DNA from: the human T2T-CHM13v2.0 reference genome, Homo sapiens
Reading direction: 5' to 3' (one strand)
Assembly: GCF_009914755.1 (NCBI RefSeq)
Contig: NC_060940.1
DNA length: 64,000 nt
In this document: positions 27,110 to 42,200 of the stretch, piece after piece
How positions within the stretch are numbered: position 1 is the stretch's first letter
Layout of the letters: the number at the start of each line of letters is the position of its first letter
The notes under the pieces: generated by a model
Database searches by the model: none
Told to the model about the DNA's origin: nothing
Seen by the model: the letters and a program-made list of their open reading frames with translations, nothing else
Translations under genes and position numbers: made by a program

Positions 27110-30100
27110 GACAATTTGATTCCATTCGATGATGATTCCATTTGAGTTCATTCGATGATTCTATTCGATTCTCTTCGATGGTGATTCAATTCTATTATAT
27201 TGGATGATTCCATTCGATTCCATTTGATGTTGATTCAATTCGATTCTATTCGATGATGATTCCATTGGATTTCACTTGATGATTCTATTCGATTCCATTC
27301 AATGATGATTCACTTCTCGTCCATTGGATGATTCCATTTCATTCCATTCGATGATGATTCCATTCGATTCCATTCGATGATTCCATTTGATTCCATGCGA
27401 CGGTGAGCAATTCGATTCAATTCCATGATGATTCTATTTGATTCAATTAGATGATGTTTCCATTCGAATCCATTCCATGATTATTCCATTGGAATCCATT
27501 CGGCGATGATTCCATATGAGTCAATTCAATGATGATTCCATATGGGTCCGTTCGATGATAATTCCATTTGATTTCATTCGATGCTTCTATTCTATTCCAG
27601 TCGATGATGATTCCGTTGGAGTCCATACGATGATTCCATTTGATTTCATTTGATGATGATTCCATTCGATGATGATTACATTGGATTCCATTCTATGATT
27701 CCATTCAATTCCATTCGTTGATGATTCGATTCCATTCAATGATGATTCCATTTGAGTTCATTCGATGATTCTATTCGATTCCGTTCGATGGTGATTCAAT
27801 TCTATTATATTGGATGATTCCACTCGATTCCATTTGATGATTATTCCATTGGAGTCCACTTAGTGAATCCTTTAGATTCTACTCGACGATGATTCCATTC
27901 GAGTCCATTCAATGATACCATTCAATTTCATTCGTTGATGCTTCCATTCAAGTGCATTCGATGATATCATTCGATTCCATTTGATGATAATTCCATTTGA
28001 TTCCATGCGATGATTCTATTCGATTCCATTCAATGATAATTCCATTCAATTCAGTGATTCCTCTGGACTCCATTTGATGATGATTCCATTCAATGATTCC
28101 ATTCGATTCTATTCCAAAATGATTCCATTTGAATCCATTTGATGATGATTCCATTAGATTCCATTTGATGATTCCATTCGATTGCATTTGACGATGATTC
28201 CATTCGATTCCATTTGATGATTCCATTCTATTCTATTCGATGATGATTCCATTCGATTCCATTTGATGATGATTGGATTCGATTCCATTTGATGATTTCA
28301 TTTGATTCCATTCGTTAATGATTTCGATCAACTCCATTCGATGATTCCATTTGATTCCATTCGATAATGATTACATCCGAGTCCATTCGATGATTCCATT
28401 TGAGCCCGTTCGATAATTCCATTTGAGTCCAATCAATGATTCCATTCATTTCCATTCAATGATTCCATTCGAGTCCATTTGATCATTCCGGTAGGGTCCG
28501 TTCGATGTTGATTCCATTGGAGTGCATTCGATGATTCCATTCGAGTCCATTTTATGATTTGATTCGAGTCCTTTCGATGATTCCATTCGATTCCACTCGA
28601 TGATGATTTCATTCGAGTCCATTCGACACTTCCAATCGATTCCATTTGATGTTTCCATTCGAGTCCAATTGATGATTCCATTCAATTCCATTCGATGATG
28701 ATTCTGTACGATTCCATTCTGTGATGATTCCATGTGATTGCATTCCATGATGATTCCTTTCGATTGCATTCGATTATGATTCATTCCGTGTTCATTCTAT
28801 GGTTCCACAGGTTTCCATTCGATGACGTTTCCGTTCGTGTCCATTCCATTATTCCATTCTATTTCATTTGATGATGATTCCATTCGATTCCATTCATTGG
28901 TGATTCCACTCAATTCCATTCAATGATTCCATTCCATTTCTTTCAACAATGATTCCATTAGTTTCTATTCGATGATCCACTTGATTCCATTTGGCGATGA
29001 TTCCATTCGTGTCCATTCGATGATTCCATTTGATTCCATATGATGATGATTCCATTCGATTCCATACCATGATGATTCCATTCGAGTCCATTCAATGGTG
29101 ATTCCATTCAATTCCATTCGATGATTCCTTCCGATTCCATTCGATGATGATGGCATTCGATTCCTTTCAATCATTCCCTTTGATTCCATTCAAAGGTGAT
29201 TTCATTCAAGTCCATTCGATAATTGCATTCGATTCCATTCTATGATGATTCCATTCGAGTCCATTTGATGATTCCATTCAATTCAAGTCAATGATGATTC
29301 CATTCAATTCCACTCGATGATTCCATTGGATTCCATTCGATGATGATTCCATTCAAATCCATTCGATAATTCAATTCAAGTCCATTCGATGATGATTCCA
29401 ATCGAATCCATTCAAAGATTCCATTCAATTCCATTCGATGATGATTCCCTTAGATTCCATTCGATGATTCCACTTGATTCCATTTACGATGATTCCATTC
29501 GATTCCATGTGATGAATCCATTCAATTCTATTCAATGATGTTTCCATTTGATTCCATTGGACCATGATTGCCTTTGATTCCATTCAATGATTCCATTCGG
29601 TTCCATTTGATGATGATTCCGTTCGATTCCATTTCATTATTCCATTTGATTCCATTGGATGAGTCCATTCGATTACATTCGATGATTATTCCATTCGAGT
29701 GCATTAGATGATTGCATTCGAGTCCATTCGATGATTCCATTCGATTCCATTCGATGTTGATTCTGTTCAAATCCATTCGATGATTCCACTCGATTCCAAT
29801 CGATGACTCCATTTGATCCCATTCGATGATTTCCTGTGATTCCCTTTGATGATCATTCTATTTGATTCAATTCGGTGATTTCATTTCATTCCATTCAGTG
29901 ATGTTTCCATTCGACTCTATTCGATGATGATTCCATTCGACTCCATTCGATTATGATTTCATTCAATTCCATTCAATAATGATTCCCTTCGAGTCCATTC
30001 GATGATTCCATTCGATTCCATTCAACGATGATTTGATTCGTTTCCATTCGATGATTCCATTTGATTCCACTTGATGATGATTCCATTCGAGTCCATTTGA

Positions 30101-33100
30101 TGATTCCATTCGAGTCTATTTATGTATTATATTCGTGTCCACTTCATGATTCCATTCAATTCCATTTAATGTTGATTCCATTTGATTCCATTTGATGATT
30201 CAGTTCGATTCCTTGCAATGATTCCCTACGATTCCTTTCTCTGATGATTCCATTCGATTCCATTCATTGATGATTTCATTCGACTCCATTCGATGATGAT
30301 TCCTTTCGATTCCATTTGACGATGTTTCCATTCGAGTCCATTCGATGATGATTCTATTCAATTCTGTTCTATTATGATTCCATTCGATTTCATTCAATGC
30401 TTCTATTTGATTCCATTCGATGATGATTCCATCTCTTTCCCTTCGATGATTCCTTTTGATTCCATTCAGTGATGATTCCATTTGATTCCATCTGATGATG
30501 ATTTCACTTGATTCCTTTCAATGATGATTCAATTCAAGTCCATTCGATGATTCCATTGGAGTCCAAACGATCATTCCGTTTGATTCCATTCAATGGTGAT
30601 TCCATTCATGTCCATTCGATGAATCCATTCAATTCCATTCGATGATGACTCCATTCGAGTACATTCGATGATTCCATTTGATTCCATTTGAAGATGATTC
30701 CATTCAATTCCATTCGAAGATGATTCCATTCAATTCCATTCGATGATGATTCCGTATGAATCCATTCTCTGATTATTCCATTCGATTCCATTCATTGACG
30801 ATTCCATTCAATTCCATTCAATGATGATTCTCTTCTATTCCATTCGATGATTCCGGTCGATTCCATTCGATGATGATTCCATTAGATTCCATTCGATTGT
30901 TGCATTCGATTCCCTTCGATGATGATTCCTTTGAATTCCATTCGATTATCATTCCGTATGAATCCATTTGATGATTATTCCATTGGATTCCTTTCGATGA
31001 TGATTCCATTCGAGTCCATTCGATGATTCTATTCGAATCCATTTGATGATTTCTTTTGATTATAGTTGTTGATGATTCCCTTGGAGTCCATTCCATGATT
31101 CCATTCGATTCCAATCGATGATGATTCCATTAGTGTCCATTTAATGATTCCATTTGATTCCAGTCTCTGATGATTACATTCGAGTCCATACGATGATTCC
31201 ACTCAATTCCATATGATGATGATTCCATTCGATTCCATTCGATGATTCCATTCTATTCTATTCAATGGTGATTCCATTCGAGTACATTAGATGATTCCAT
31301 TCGATTCCATTCAATGATGATTCTATTTGTGTCCCTTACATGGTTCCACATGATTCCATTAGATGATGATACTATTTGAGCCCATCCAATGATTCCCTTC
31401 GATTCCATTCGATGAGGATTCCATTCGATTCAATTCATTGGTGATTCTATTCAATTCAATTCTTTGATTCCATTCCATTCCATTCGACAATGATTCCATT
31501 CGATTTCTTTCGATGATTCCACTCGATTCCACTTGACATTGATTCCATTCGATTCCATTCAATGATTCCGTTTGATTCCAGTGGATGATGATTGCCATCG
31601 ATTCCATTCGATCACTCCATTCTATTCCATTTGATGATGATTACATTCGATTCCATTTGATGATTCCATCTGATTCTATTCGAGGATTCCATTTGATTCC
31701 ATTCGATGATGATTCCATTTGAGTCCATTCGATGATTTCATTCGAGTACATCCAATGATTCCATTCGAGTCCATTTGGTGATTCCATTTGATTCCATTTG
31801 ATTATGATTCTACTAGAGTCCATTCAGTGACTCCATTCGAATCCATTCAACAATTCCATTCGAGTCCATTCGAAGATTCCATTTCATGATTCCATTCGAG
31901 TCCATTTAATCATTACAGTCGAGTCCGTTTGGTGATTCCACTGGATTTCTTTTGATAATGATACCATTCCATTACATTTGATGATGATCCCATTCAATTT
32001 CATTTGATGATGATTCCATTAGAGTCCATTCAATGATTTCATTCGAGTCCCTTCATTGATTCCATACGATTTCATTGGATGATGACTCCATTCGAGTCCA
32101 TTCGATGATTCCACTCGATTCCATTAGATGATTCCATTGGAGTCCATTTGATTGTTCCATTCGATTCCATTCGATTCCTTTCGAAGATTATTCCATTTGA
32201 GTCCATTCGATGATGTTTCCATTCCATTCCATTCCATTCGATGATTCCGTTTGATTCCATTCGATGATTCCCTTTGATTCCTTTCTATGATGATTCCATT
32301 CCATTCCATTCAATGATTCCATTCGAATCTATTCCATGATGATTCCTTTCGATTCCATTCGCTGATGTTTCCGTTCAATTCCATTCGATGATGATTCCAT
32401 TCGATTCCATTCATTGAGGATTCCATTGGATTCCATTCAATGATGATTCCATTCTATTCCATTCAATGATTGCATTCAATTCCATTCAATGATTATCCCC
32501 TTAGAGTAAACTCAACGATTCCATTCAATACCATTCGATGATGATTCCTTTTGAGTCCATTCAATGATTTCATTCAAGTCCATTTGATGATTCCTTTCAA
32601 TTCCATTCTATGATGATTCCATTCGAGTCCATTCGATGATTCCATTCGATTGCATTCGACGATTCCCTTATATTCCATTCAACGATGATTCCATTCGAGT
32701 CCATTCGATGATTCCATTAGAGTACATTTAATGATTGCTTTGTTTTCAATTCGAAGATGATTACATTGGATTCCATTCTTTGATACCATTCGATTCCATT
32801 CAATGATGATTCCACTCAAATCCATTGGATGATTCCATTCGTGTCCATTCGGTGATTTCATTAGATTCCATTCGAGGATGATTCCATTCGATGATTCCAT
32901 TCAATTCCATTCGATGATGATTCCATTCCAGTCCATATGATCATTCCATTTGATTTCATTCGATGATGATTCCATTCGATTCCATTCGACGATTCCATTC
33001 TATTCCATTCGAGGGATGATTCCATTCGAGTCCATTCGATGATTCCATTCGAGTCCATTTAATGATTCCATTGGGTTCAATTCAATGATGATTACATTGG

Positions 33101-33135
33101 ATTCCGTTCTATGATTCCATTCAATTCCGTTCATT
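27110..33135 (+). repeat. Hybrid higher-order unit U4 (6,026 bp) carrying a truncated X
   Basis: Matches U1 at offset 27109 up to ~31010 (338/27447, 3497/30606, 3709/30818), then matches canonical sequence (GATTCTATTCGAATCCATTTGATGATTTCTTTTGATTATAG). Confidence 0.9.
30112..31012 (+). repeat. Non-canonical HSat2 block X, copy 3 (left ~0.9 kb only)
   Basis: Starts GAGTCTATTTATGTATTATA; GAATTC at 30933. Lacks the right-hand X motifs GATGTTTCTCTTGTATTCC, TATGGCTATCG and GAGTATATACG. Confidence 0.87.
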
Positions 33136-36100
33136 GACAATTTGATTCCATTCGATGATGATTCCATTTGAGTTCATTCGATGATTCTATTCGATTCTCT
33201 TCGATGGTGATTCAATTCTATTATATTGGATGATTCCATTCGATTCCATTTGATGTTGATTCAATTCGATTCTATTCGATGATGATTCCATTGGATTTCA
33301 CTTGATGATTCTATTCGATTCCATTCAATGATGATTCACTTCTCGTCCATTGGATGATTCCATTTCATTCCATTCGATGATGATTCCATTCGATTCCATT
33401 CGATGATTCCATTTGATTCCATGCGACGGTGAGCAATTCGATTCAATTCCATGATGATTCTATTTGATTCAATTAGATGATGTTTCCATTCGAATCCATT
33501 CCATGATTATTCCATTGGAATCCATTCGGCGATGATTCCATATGAGTCAATTCAATGATGATTCCATATGGGTCCGTTCGATGATAATTCCATTTGATTT
33601 CATTCGATGCTTCTATTCAATTCCAGTCGACGATGATTCCGTTGGAGTCCATACGATGATTCCATTTGATTTCATTTCATGATGATTCCATTCGATGACG
33701 ATTACATTGGATTCCATTCTATGATTCCATTCAATTCCATTCGTTGATGATTCGATTCCATTCAATGATGATTCCATTTGAGTTCATTCGATGATTCTAT
33801 TCGATTCCATTCTATGGTGATTCAATTCCCTTATATTGGATGATTCGACTCGATTCCATTTGATGATTATTCCATTGGAGTCCACTTAGTGAATCCTTTA
33901 GATTCTACTCGACGATGATTCCATTCGAGTCCATTCGATGATACCATTCAATTCCATTCGTTGATGCTTCCATTCAAGTGCATTCGATGATATCATTCGA
34001 TTCCATTTGATGATAATTCCATTTGATTCCATGCGATGATTCTATTCGATTTCATTCAATGATAATTCCATTCATTTCAGTGATTCCTCTGGACTCCATT
34101 TGATGATGATTCCATTCAATGATTCCATTCGATTCTATTCGAAAATGATTCCATTTGAATCCATTTGATGATGATTCCATTAGATTCCATTTGATGATTC
34201 CATTCGATTCCATTTGACGATGATTCCATTCGATTCCGTTTGATGATTCCATTCTATTCTATTCGATGATGATTCCATTCGATTCCATTCGATGATGATT
34301 GGATTCGATTCCATTTGATGATTTCATTTGATTCCATTCGTTAATGATTTCGATCAATTCCATTCGATGATTCCATTCGATTCCATTCGATAATGATTAC
34401 ATCCGAGTCCATTCGATGATTCCATTTGAGCCTGTTCGATAATTCCATTTGAGTCCAACCAATGATTCCATTCATTTCCATTCAATGATTCCATTCGAGT
34501 CCATTTGATCATTCCGGTAGGGTCCATTCGATGTTGATTCCATTGGAGTGCATTCGATGATTCCATTCGAGTCCATTTTAGGATTTGATTCGAGTCCTTT
34601 CGATGATTCCATTCGATTCCACTCGATGATGATTTCATTCGAGTCCATTCGACACTTCCAATCGATTCCATTTGATGATTCCATTCGAGTCCAATTGATG
34701 ATTCCATTCAATTCCATTCGATGATGATTCCGTACGATTCCATTCTGTGATGATTCCATGTGATTGCATTCAATGATGATTCCTTTCGATTGCATTCGAT
34801 TATGATTCATTTCGTGTTCATTCTATGGTTCCACATGTTTCCATTCGTGTCCATTCCATTATTCCATTCTATTCCATTTGATGATGATTCCATTCGATTC
34901 CATTCATTGGTGATTCCACTCAATTCCATTCAATGATTCCATTCCATTTCTTTCAACAATGATTCCATTAGTTTCTAATCGATGATCCACTTGATTCCAT
35001 TTGACGACGATTCCATTCTTGTCCATTCGATGATTCCATTTGATTCCATATGATGATGATTCCATTCGATTCCATACCATGATGATTCCATTCGAGTCCA
35101 TTCAATGGTGATTCCATTCAATTCCATTCGATGATTCCTTTCGATTCCATTCGATGATGATGGCATTCGATTCCTTTCAATCATTCCCTTTGATTCCATT
35201 CAAAGGTGATTTCATTCAAGTCCATTCGATAATTGCATTCGATTCCATTCTATGATGATTCCATTCGAGTCCATTTGATGATTCCATTCAATTCAAGTCA
35301 ATGATGATTCCATTCGATTCCATTCGATGATTCCATTGGATTCCATTCGATGATGATTCCATTCAAATCCATTCGATAATTCAATTCAAGTCCATTCGAT
35401 GATGATTCCAATCGAATCCATTCAAAGATTCCATTCAGTTCCATTCGATGATTCCCTTAGATTCCATTCGATGATTCCACTTGATTGCATTTACGATGAT
35501 TCCATTCGATTCCATGTGATGATTCCATTCAATTCTATTCAATGATGTCTCCATTTGATTCCATTCGACCATGATTGCCTTTGATTCCATTCAATGATTC
35601 CATTCGGTTCCGTTTGATGATGATTCCGTTCGATTCCATTTGATGATTCCATTTGATTCCATTGGATGGGTCCATTCGATTACATTCGATGATTATTCCA
35701 TTCGAGTGCATTAGATGATTCCATTCGAGTCCATTCGATGATTCCATTCGATTCCATTCGATGTTGATTCTGTTCAAATCCATTCGATGATTCCACTCGA
35801 TTCCATTCGTTGACTCCATTTGATCCCATTCGATGATTTTCTTTGATTCCCTTTGATGATCATTCCATTTGATTCAATTCGGTGATTTCATTTGATTCCA
35901 TTCAGTGATGTTTCCATTCGACTCCATTCGATGATGATTCCATTCGACTCCATTCGATTATGATTTCATTCAATTCCATTCGATAATGATTCCCTTCGAG
36001 TCCATTCGATGATTCCATTCGATTCCATTCAACGATGATTTGATTCGTGTCCATTCGATGATTCCATTTGATTCCACTTGATGATGATTCCATTCGAGTC

Positions 36101-39100
36101 CATTTGATGATTCCATTCAATTCCATACTCCGATGATTTCTTTTGAGCCCACTCAATGCTTCCACTCGATTCCATATGATGATGACTCCATTCGATGAAA
36201 TTCGATGATGATTCCATTCGCTTGCTTTCGATGATGATTCCACTTGAGTCCGTTAGAAGATTCTATTCAATTACATTCCATGACGATTCCGTTCGAGTCC
36301 ATTTGATGATTCCATTAGACTCCATTCGACGATGATTCCATTCGATGTTATTCGATGATTCCATTCGATCTCATTCGATGATGATTCCATTCAACTCCAT
36401 TCGATGTTTCCATTCGAGTTCATTCTATTATTCCATTAGATTCCATTCGATGATGATTCCATTCGATTCCATTTGATGATTGCATTCTATTTCATTTGAT
36501 GATGATTCCATTCGAGTCCACTCGATGATTCCATTCGAGTCCATTTAATGAATCCATTGGTTTCAATTCTATGATGATTACATTGGATTCCATTCGTTGA
36601 TGATTTCATTCGGTTCCATTCAATGATGATTCCATTCAATTCCTTTCAATGTTTCCATTCAATTCCATACGATGATGATTCCATTTGATGTGATTCGACA
36701 GTGAGCCATTCGATTCAATTCCATGATGATTCTATTTGATTCAATTGGTTGACATTTCCATTCGATTCCATTCGATGATGATTCCCTTTGATTCCGTTCA
36801 AAAATGATTCCATTCTAGCCCATTCAATCATTCCATTCGATTCTATTCAATGATGATTCCATTCATGTCGATTTGGTGATTCCATTTGACTTCATTTGAT
36901 GATGATTCCTTTCAAGTTCATTAGATGATTCCATTCGATTCCATTTGATGATGATCCCATTCGAGTCCATTCAGTGATACCATTCGTTTCCATTCCATGA
37001 TGATTCCATTACTTTCCATTCAATGATTCCATTCGATTCCGTTTGATGATGATTTCATTCGAGTCCATTTGATGATTCCATTTGATTCCATTCGATGATG
37101 ATTCCATTCGAGTCCATTCGATGATTCTATTCGAATCCATTTGATGATTTCTTTTGATTATATTTGGTGATGATTCCATTGGAGTCCATTCAATGATTCC
37201 ATTCTATTCCAATCGATGATGATTCCATTAGAGTCCATTTAATGATTCCATTTGATTCCAGTCTCTGATGATTACATTCGAGTCCATACGATGATTCCAC
37301 TCAATTCCATATGATGATGATTCCATTTGATTCCATTCGGTGATTCCATTCTATTCTATTCAATGGTGATTCCATTCGAGTACATTAGATGATTCCATTC
37401 GATTCCATTCAATGATGATTCTATTTGTGTCCCTTAGATGATTCCACATGATTCCATTAGATGATGATACTATTTGAGCCCATCCAATGATTCCCTTCGA
37501 TTCCATTCGATGAGGATTCCATTCGATTCAATTCATTGGTGATTCTATTCAATTCAATTCTTTGATTCCATTCCATTCCATTCGACAATGATTCCATTCG
37601 ATTTCTTTCGATGATTCCACTCGATTCCACTTGACATTGATTCCATTCGATTCCATTCAATGATTCCATTTGATTCCAGTGGATGATGATTGCCATGGAT
37701 TCCATTCGATCACTCCATTCTATTCCATTTGATGATGATTACATTCGATTCCATTTGATGATTCCATCTGATTCTATTCGAGGATTCCATTTGATTCCAT
37801 TTGATGATGATTCCATTCGAGTCCATTTGATGATTTCATTCGAGTACATCCAATGATTCCATTCGAGTCCATTAGATGATTCCATTTGATTCCATTTGAA
37901 AATGATTCTACTAGAGTCCATTCAATGACTCCATTCGAGTCCATTCAACAATTCCATTCGACTCCATTCGATGATTCCATTCGATTCCATTTGATGGTTC
38001 CATTCGAGTCCATTTAATCATTACAGTCGAGTCCATTTGGTGATTCCACTGGATTTCTTTTGATAATGATACCATTCAATTACATTTGATGATGATCCCA
38101 TTCAATTTCATTTGATGATGATTCCATTAGAGTCCATTCGATGATTTCATTCGAGTCCCTTCATTGATTCCATCCGATTTCATTGGATGATGACTCCATT
38201 CGAGTCCATTCGATGATTCCACTCGATTCCATTAGATGACTCCATTGGAGTCCATTTGATTGTTCCATTCGATTCCATTCGATTCCTTTCGAAGATTATT
38301 CCATTTGAGTCCATTCGATGATGATTCCATTCCATTCCATTCGATGATTCCGTTTGATTCCATTCGATGATTCCCTTCGATTCCTTTCTTTGATGATTCC
38401 ATTCCATTCCATTCAATGATTCCATTCGAATCTATTCCATGATGATTCCTTTCGATTCCATTCGCTGATGTTTCCGTTCAATTCCATTCGATGATGATTC
38501 CATTCGATTCCATTCATTGAGGATTCCATTTGATTCCATTCAATGATGATTCCATTCAATTCCATTCAATGATTGCATTCAATTCCATTCAATGATTATC
38601 CCATTAGAGTAAACTCAACGATTCCATTCAATACCATTCGATGATGATTCCTTTTGAGTCCATTCAATGATTTCATTCAAGTCCATTTGATGATTCCTTT
38701 CAATTCCATTCTATGATGATTCCATTCGAGTCCATTCGATGATTCCATTCGATTGCATTCGATGATTCCATTATATTCCATTCAATGGTGATTCCATTCG
38801 AGTCCATTCGATGATTCCATTAGAGTACATTTAATGATTGCTTTGTTTTCAATTCGAAGATGATTACATTGGATTCCACTCTATGATACCATTCGATTCC
38901 ATTCAATGATGATTCCACTCAAATCCATTGGATGATTCCATTCGTGTCCATTCGGTGATTTCATTAGATTCCATTCGAGGATGATTCCATTCGATTCCAT
39001 TCGATGATTCCATTCAATTCCATTCGATGATGATTCCATTCCAGTCCATATGATCATTCCATTTGATTTCATTCGATGATGATTCCTTTCGATTCCATTC

Positions 39101-39247
39101 GATGATTCCATTCTATTCCATTCGATGATGATTCCATTCGAGTCCATTCGATGATTCCATTCGAGTCCATTTAATGATTCCATTGGGTTCAATTCAATGA
39201 TGATTACATTGGATTCCGTTCTATGATTCCATTCAATTCCGTTCATT
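33136..39247 (+). repeat. Canonical higher-order unit U5 (6,112 bp)
   Basis: Anchor at 33136 and 39248; ORF homologues 34472/40584 and 35902/42014. Confidence 0.94.
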
Positions 39248-42200
39248 GACAATTTGATTCCATTCGATGATGATTCCATTTGAGTTCATTCGATGATTCT
39301 ATTCGATTCTCTTCGATGGTGATTCAATTCTATTATATTGGATGATTCCATTCGATTCCATTTGATGTTGATTCAATTCGATTCTATTCGATGATGATTC
39401 CATTGGATTTCACTTGATGATTCTATTCGATTCCATTCAATGATGATTCACTTCTCGTCCATTGGATGATTCCATTTCATTCCATTCGATGATGATTCCA
39501 TTCGATTCCATTCGATGATTCCATTTGATTCCATGCGACGGTGAGCAATTCGATTCAATTCCATGATGATTCTATTTGATTCAATTAGATGATGTTTCCA
39601 TTCGAATCCATTCCATGATTATTCCATTGGAATCCAATCGGCGATGATTCCATATGAGTCAATTCAATGATGATTCCATATGGGTCCGTTCGATGATAAT
39701 TCCATTTGATTTCATTCGATGCTTCTATTCTATTCCAGTCGATGATGATTCCGTTGGAGTCCATACGATGATTCCATTTGATTTCATTTGATGATGATTC
39801 CATTCGATGAGGATTACATTGGATTCCATTCTATGATTCCATTCAATTCCATTCGTTGATGATTCGATTCCATTCAATGATGATTCCATTTGAGTTCATT
39901 CGATGATTCTATTCGATTCCGTTCGATGGTGATTCAATTCTATTATATTGGATGATTCCACTCGATTCCATTTGATGATTATTCCATTGGAGTCCACTTA
40001 GTGAATCCTTTAGATTCTACTCGACGATGATTCCATTCGAGTCCATTCGATGATACCATTCAATTCCATTCGTTGATGCTTCCATTCAAGTGCATTCGAT
40101 GATATCATTCGATTCCATTTGATGATAATTCCATTTGATTCCATGCGATGATTCTATTCGATTCCATTCAATGATAATTCCATTCAATTCAGTGATTCCT
40201 CTGGACTCCATTTGATGATGATTCCATTCAATGATTCCATTCGATTCTATTCGAAAATGATTCCATTTGAATCCATTTGATGATGATTCCATTAGATTCC
40301 ATTTGATGATTCCATTCGATTCCATTCGACGATGATTCCATTCGATTCCGTTTGATGATTCCATTCTATTCTATTCGATGATGATTCCATTCGATTCCAT
40401 TCGATGATGATTGGATTCGATTCCATTTGATGATTTCATTTGATTCCATTCGTTAATGATTTCGATCAATTCCATTCGATGATTCCATTCGATTCCATTT
40501 GATAATGATTACATCCGAGTCCATTCGATGATTCCCTTTGAGCCTGTTCGATAATTCCATTTGAGTCCAACCAATGATTCCATTCATTTCCATTCAATGA
40601 TTCCATTCGAGTCCATATGATCATTCCGGTAGGGTCCATTCGATGTTGATTCCATTGGAGTGCATTCGATGATTCCATTCGAGTCCATTTTAGGATTTGA
40701 TTCGAGTCCTTTCGATGATTCCATTCGATTCCACTCGATGATGATTTCATTCGAGTCCATTCGACACTTCCAATCGATTCCATTTGATGATTCCATTCGA
40801 GTCCAATTGATGATTCCATTCAATTCCATTCGATGATGAATCCGTACGATTCCATTCTGTGATGATTCCATGTGATTGCATTCAATGATGATTCCTTTCG
40901 ATTGCATTCGATTATGATTCATTTCGTGTTCATTCTATGGTTCCACAGGTTTCCATTCGTGTCCATTCCATTATTCCATTCTATTCCATTTGATGATGAT
41001 TCCATTCGATTCCATTCATTGGTGATTCCACTCAATTCCATTCAATGATTCCATTCCATTTCTTTCAACAATGATTCCATTAGTTTCTAATCGATGATCC
41101 ACTTGATTCCATTTGACGACGATTCCATTCTTGTCCATTCGATGATTCCATTTGATTCCATATGATGATGATTCCATTCGATTCCATACCATGATGATTC
41201 CATTCGAGTCCATTCAATGGTGATTCCATTCAATTCCATTCGATGATTCCTTTTGATTCCATTCGATGATGATGGCATTCGATTCCTTTCAATCATTCCC
41301 TTTGATTCCATTCAAAGGTGATTTCATTCAAGTCCATTCGATAATTGCATTCGATTCCATTCTATGATGATTCCATTCGAGTCCATTTGATGATTCCATT
41401 CAATTCAAGTCAATGATGATTCCATTCGATTCCATTCGATGATTCCATTGGATTCCATTCGATGATGATTCCATTCAAATCCATTCGATAATTCAATTCA
41501 AGTCCATTCGATGATGATTCCAATCGAATCCATTCAAAGATTCCATTCAGTTCCATTCGATGATTCCCTTAGATTCCATTCGATGATTCCACTTGATTGC
41601 ATTTACGATGATTCCATTCGATTCCATGTGATGATTCCATTCAATTCTATTCAATGATGTCTCCATTTGATTCCATTCGACCATGATTGCCTTTGATTCC
41701 ATTCAATGAATCCATTCGGTTCCGTTTGATGATGATTCCGTTCGATTCCATTTGATGATTCCATTTGATTCCATTGGATGAGTCCATTCGATTACATTCG
41801 ATGATTATTCCATTCGAGTGCATTAGATGATTGCATTCGAGTCCATTCGATGATTCCATTCGATTCCATTCGATGTTGATTCTGTTCAAATCCATTCGAT
41901 GATTCCACTCGATTCCATTCGTTGACTCCATTTGATCCCATTCGATGATTTCCTTTGATTCCCTTTGATGATCATTCCATTTGATTCAATTCGGTGATTT
42001 CATTTGATTCCATTCAGTGATGTTTCCATTCGACTCCATTCGATGATGATTCCATTCGACTCCATTCGATTATGATTTCATTCAATTCCATTCGATAATG
42101 ATTCCCTTCGAGTCCATTCGATGATTCCATTCGATTCCATTCAACGATGATTTGATTCGTGTCCATTCGATGATTCCATTTGATTCCACTTGATGATGAT

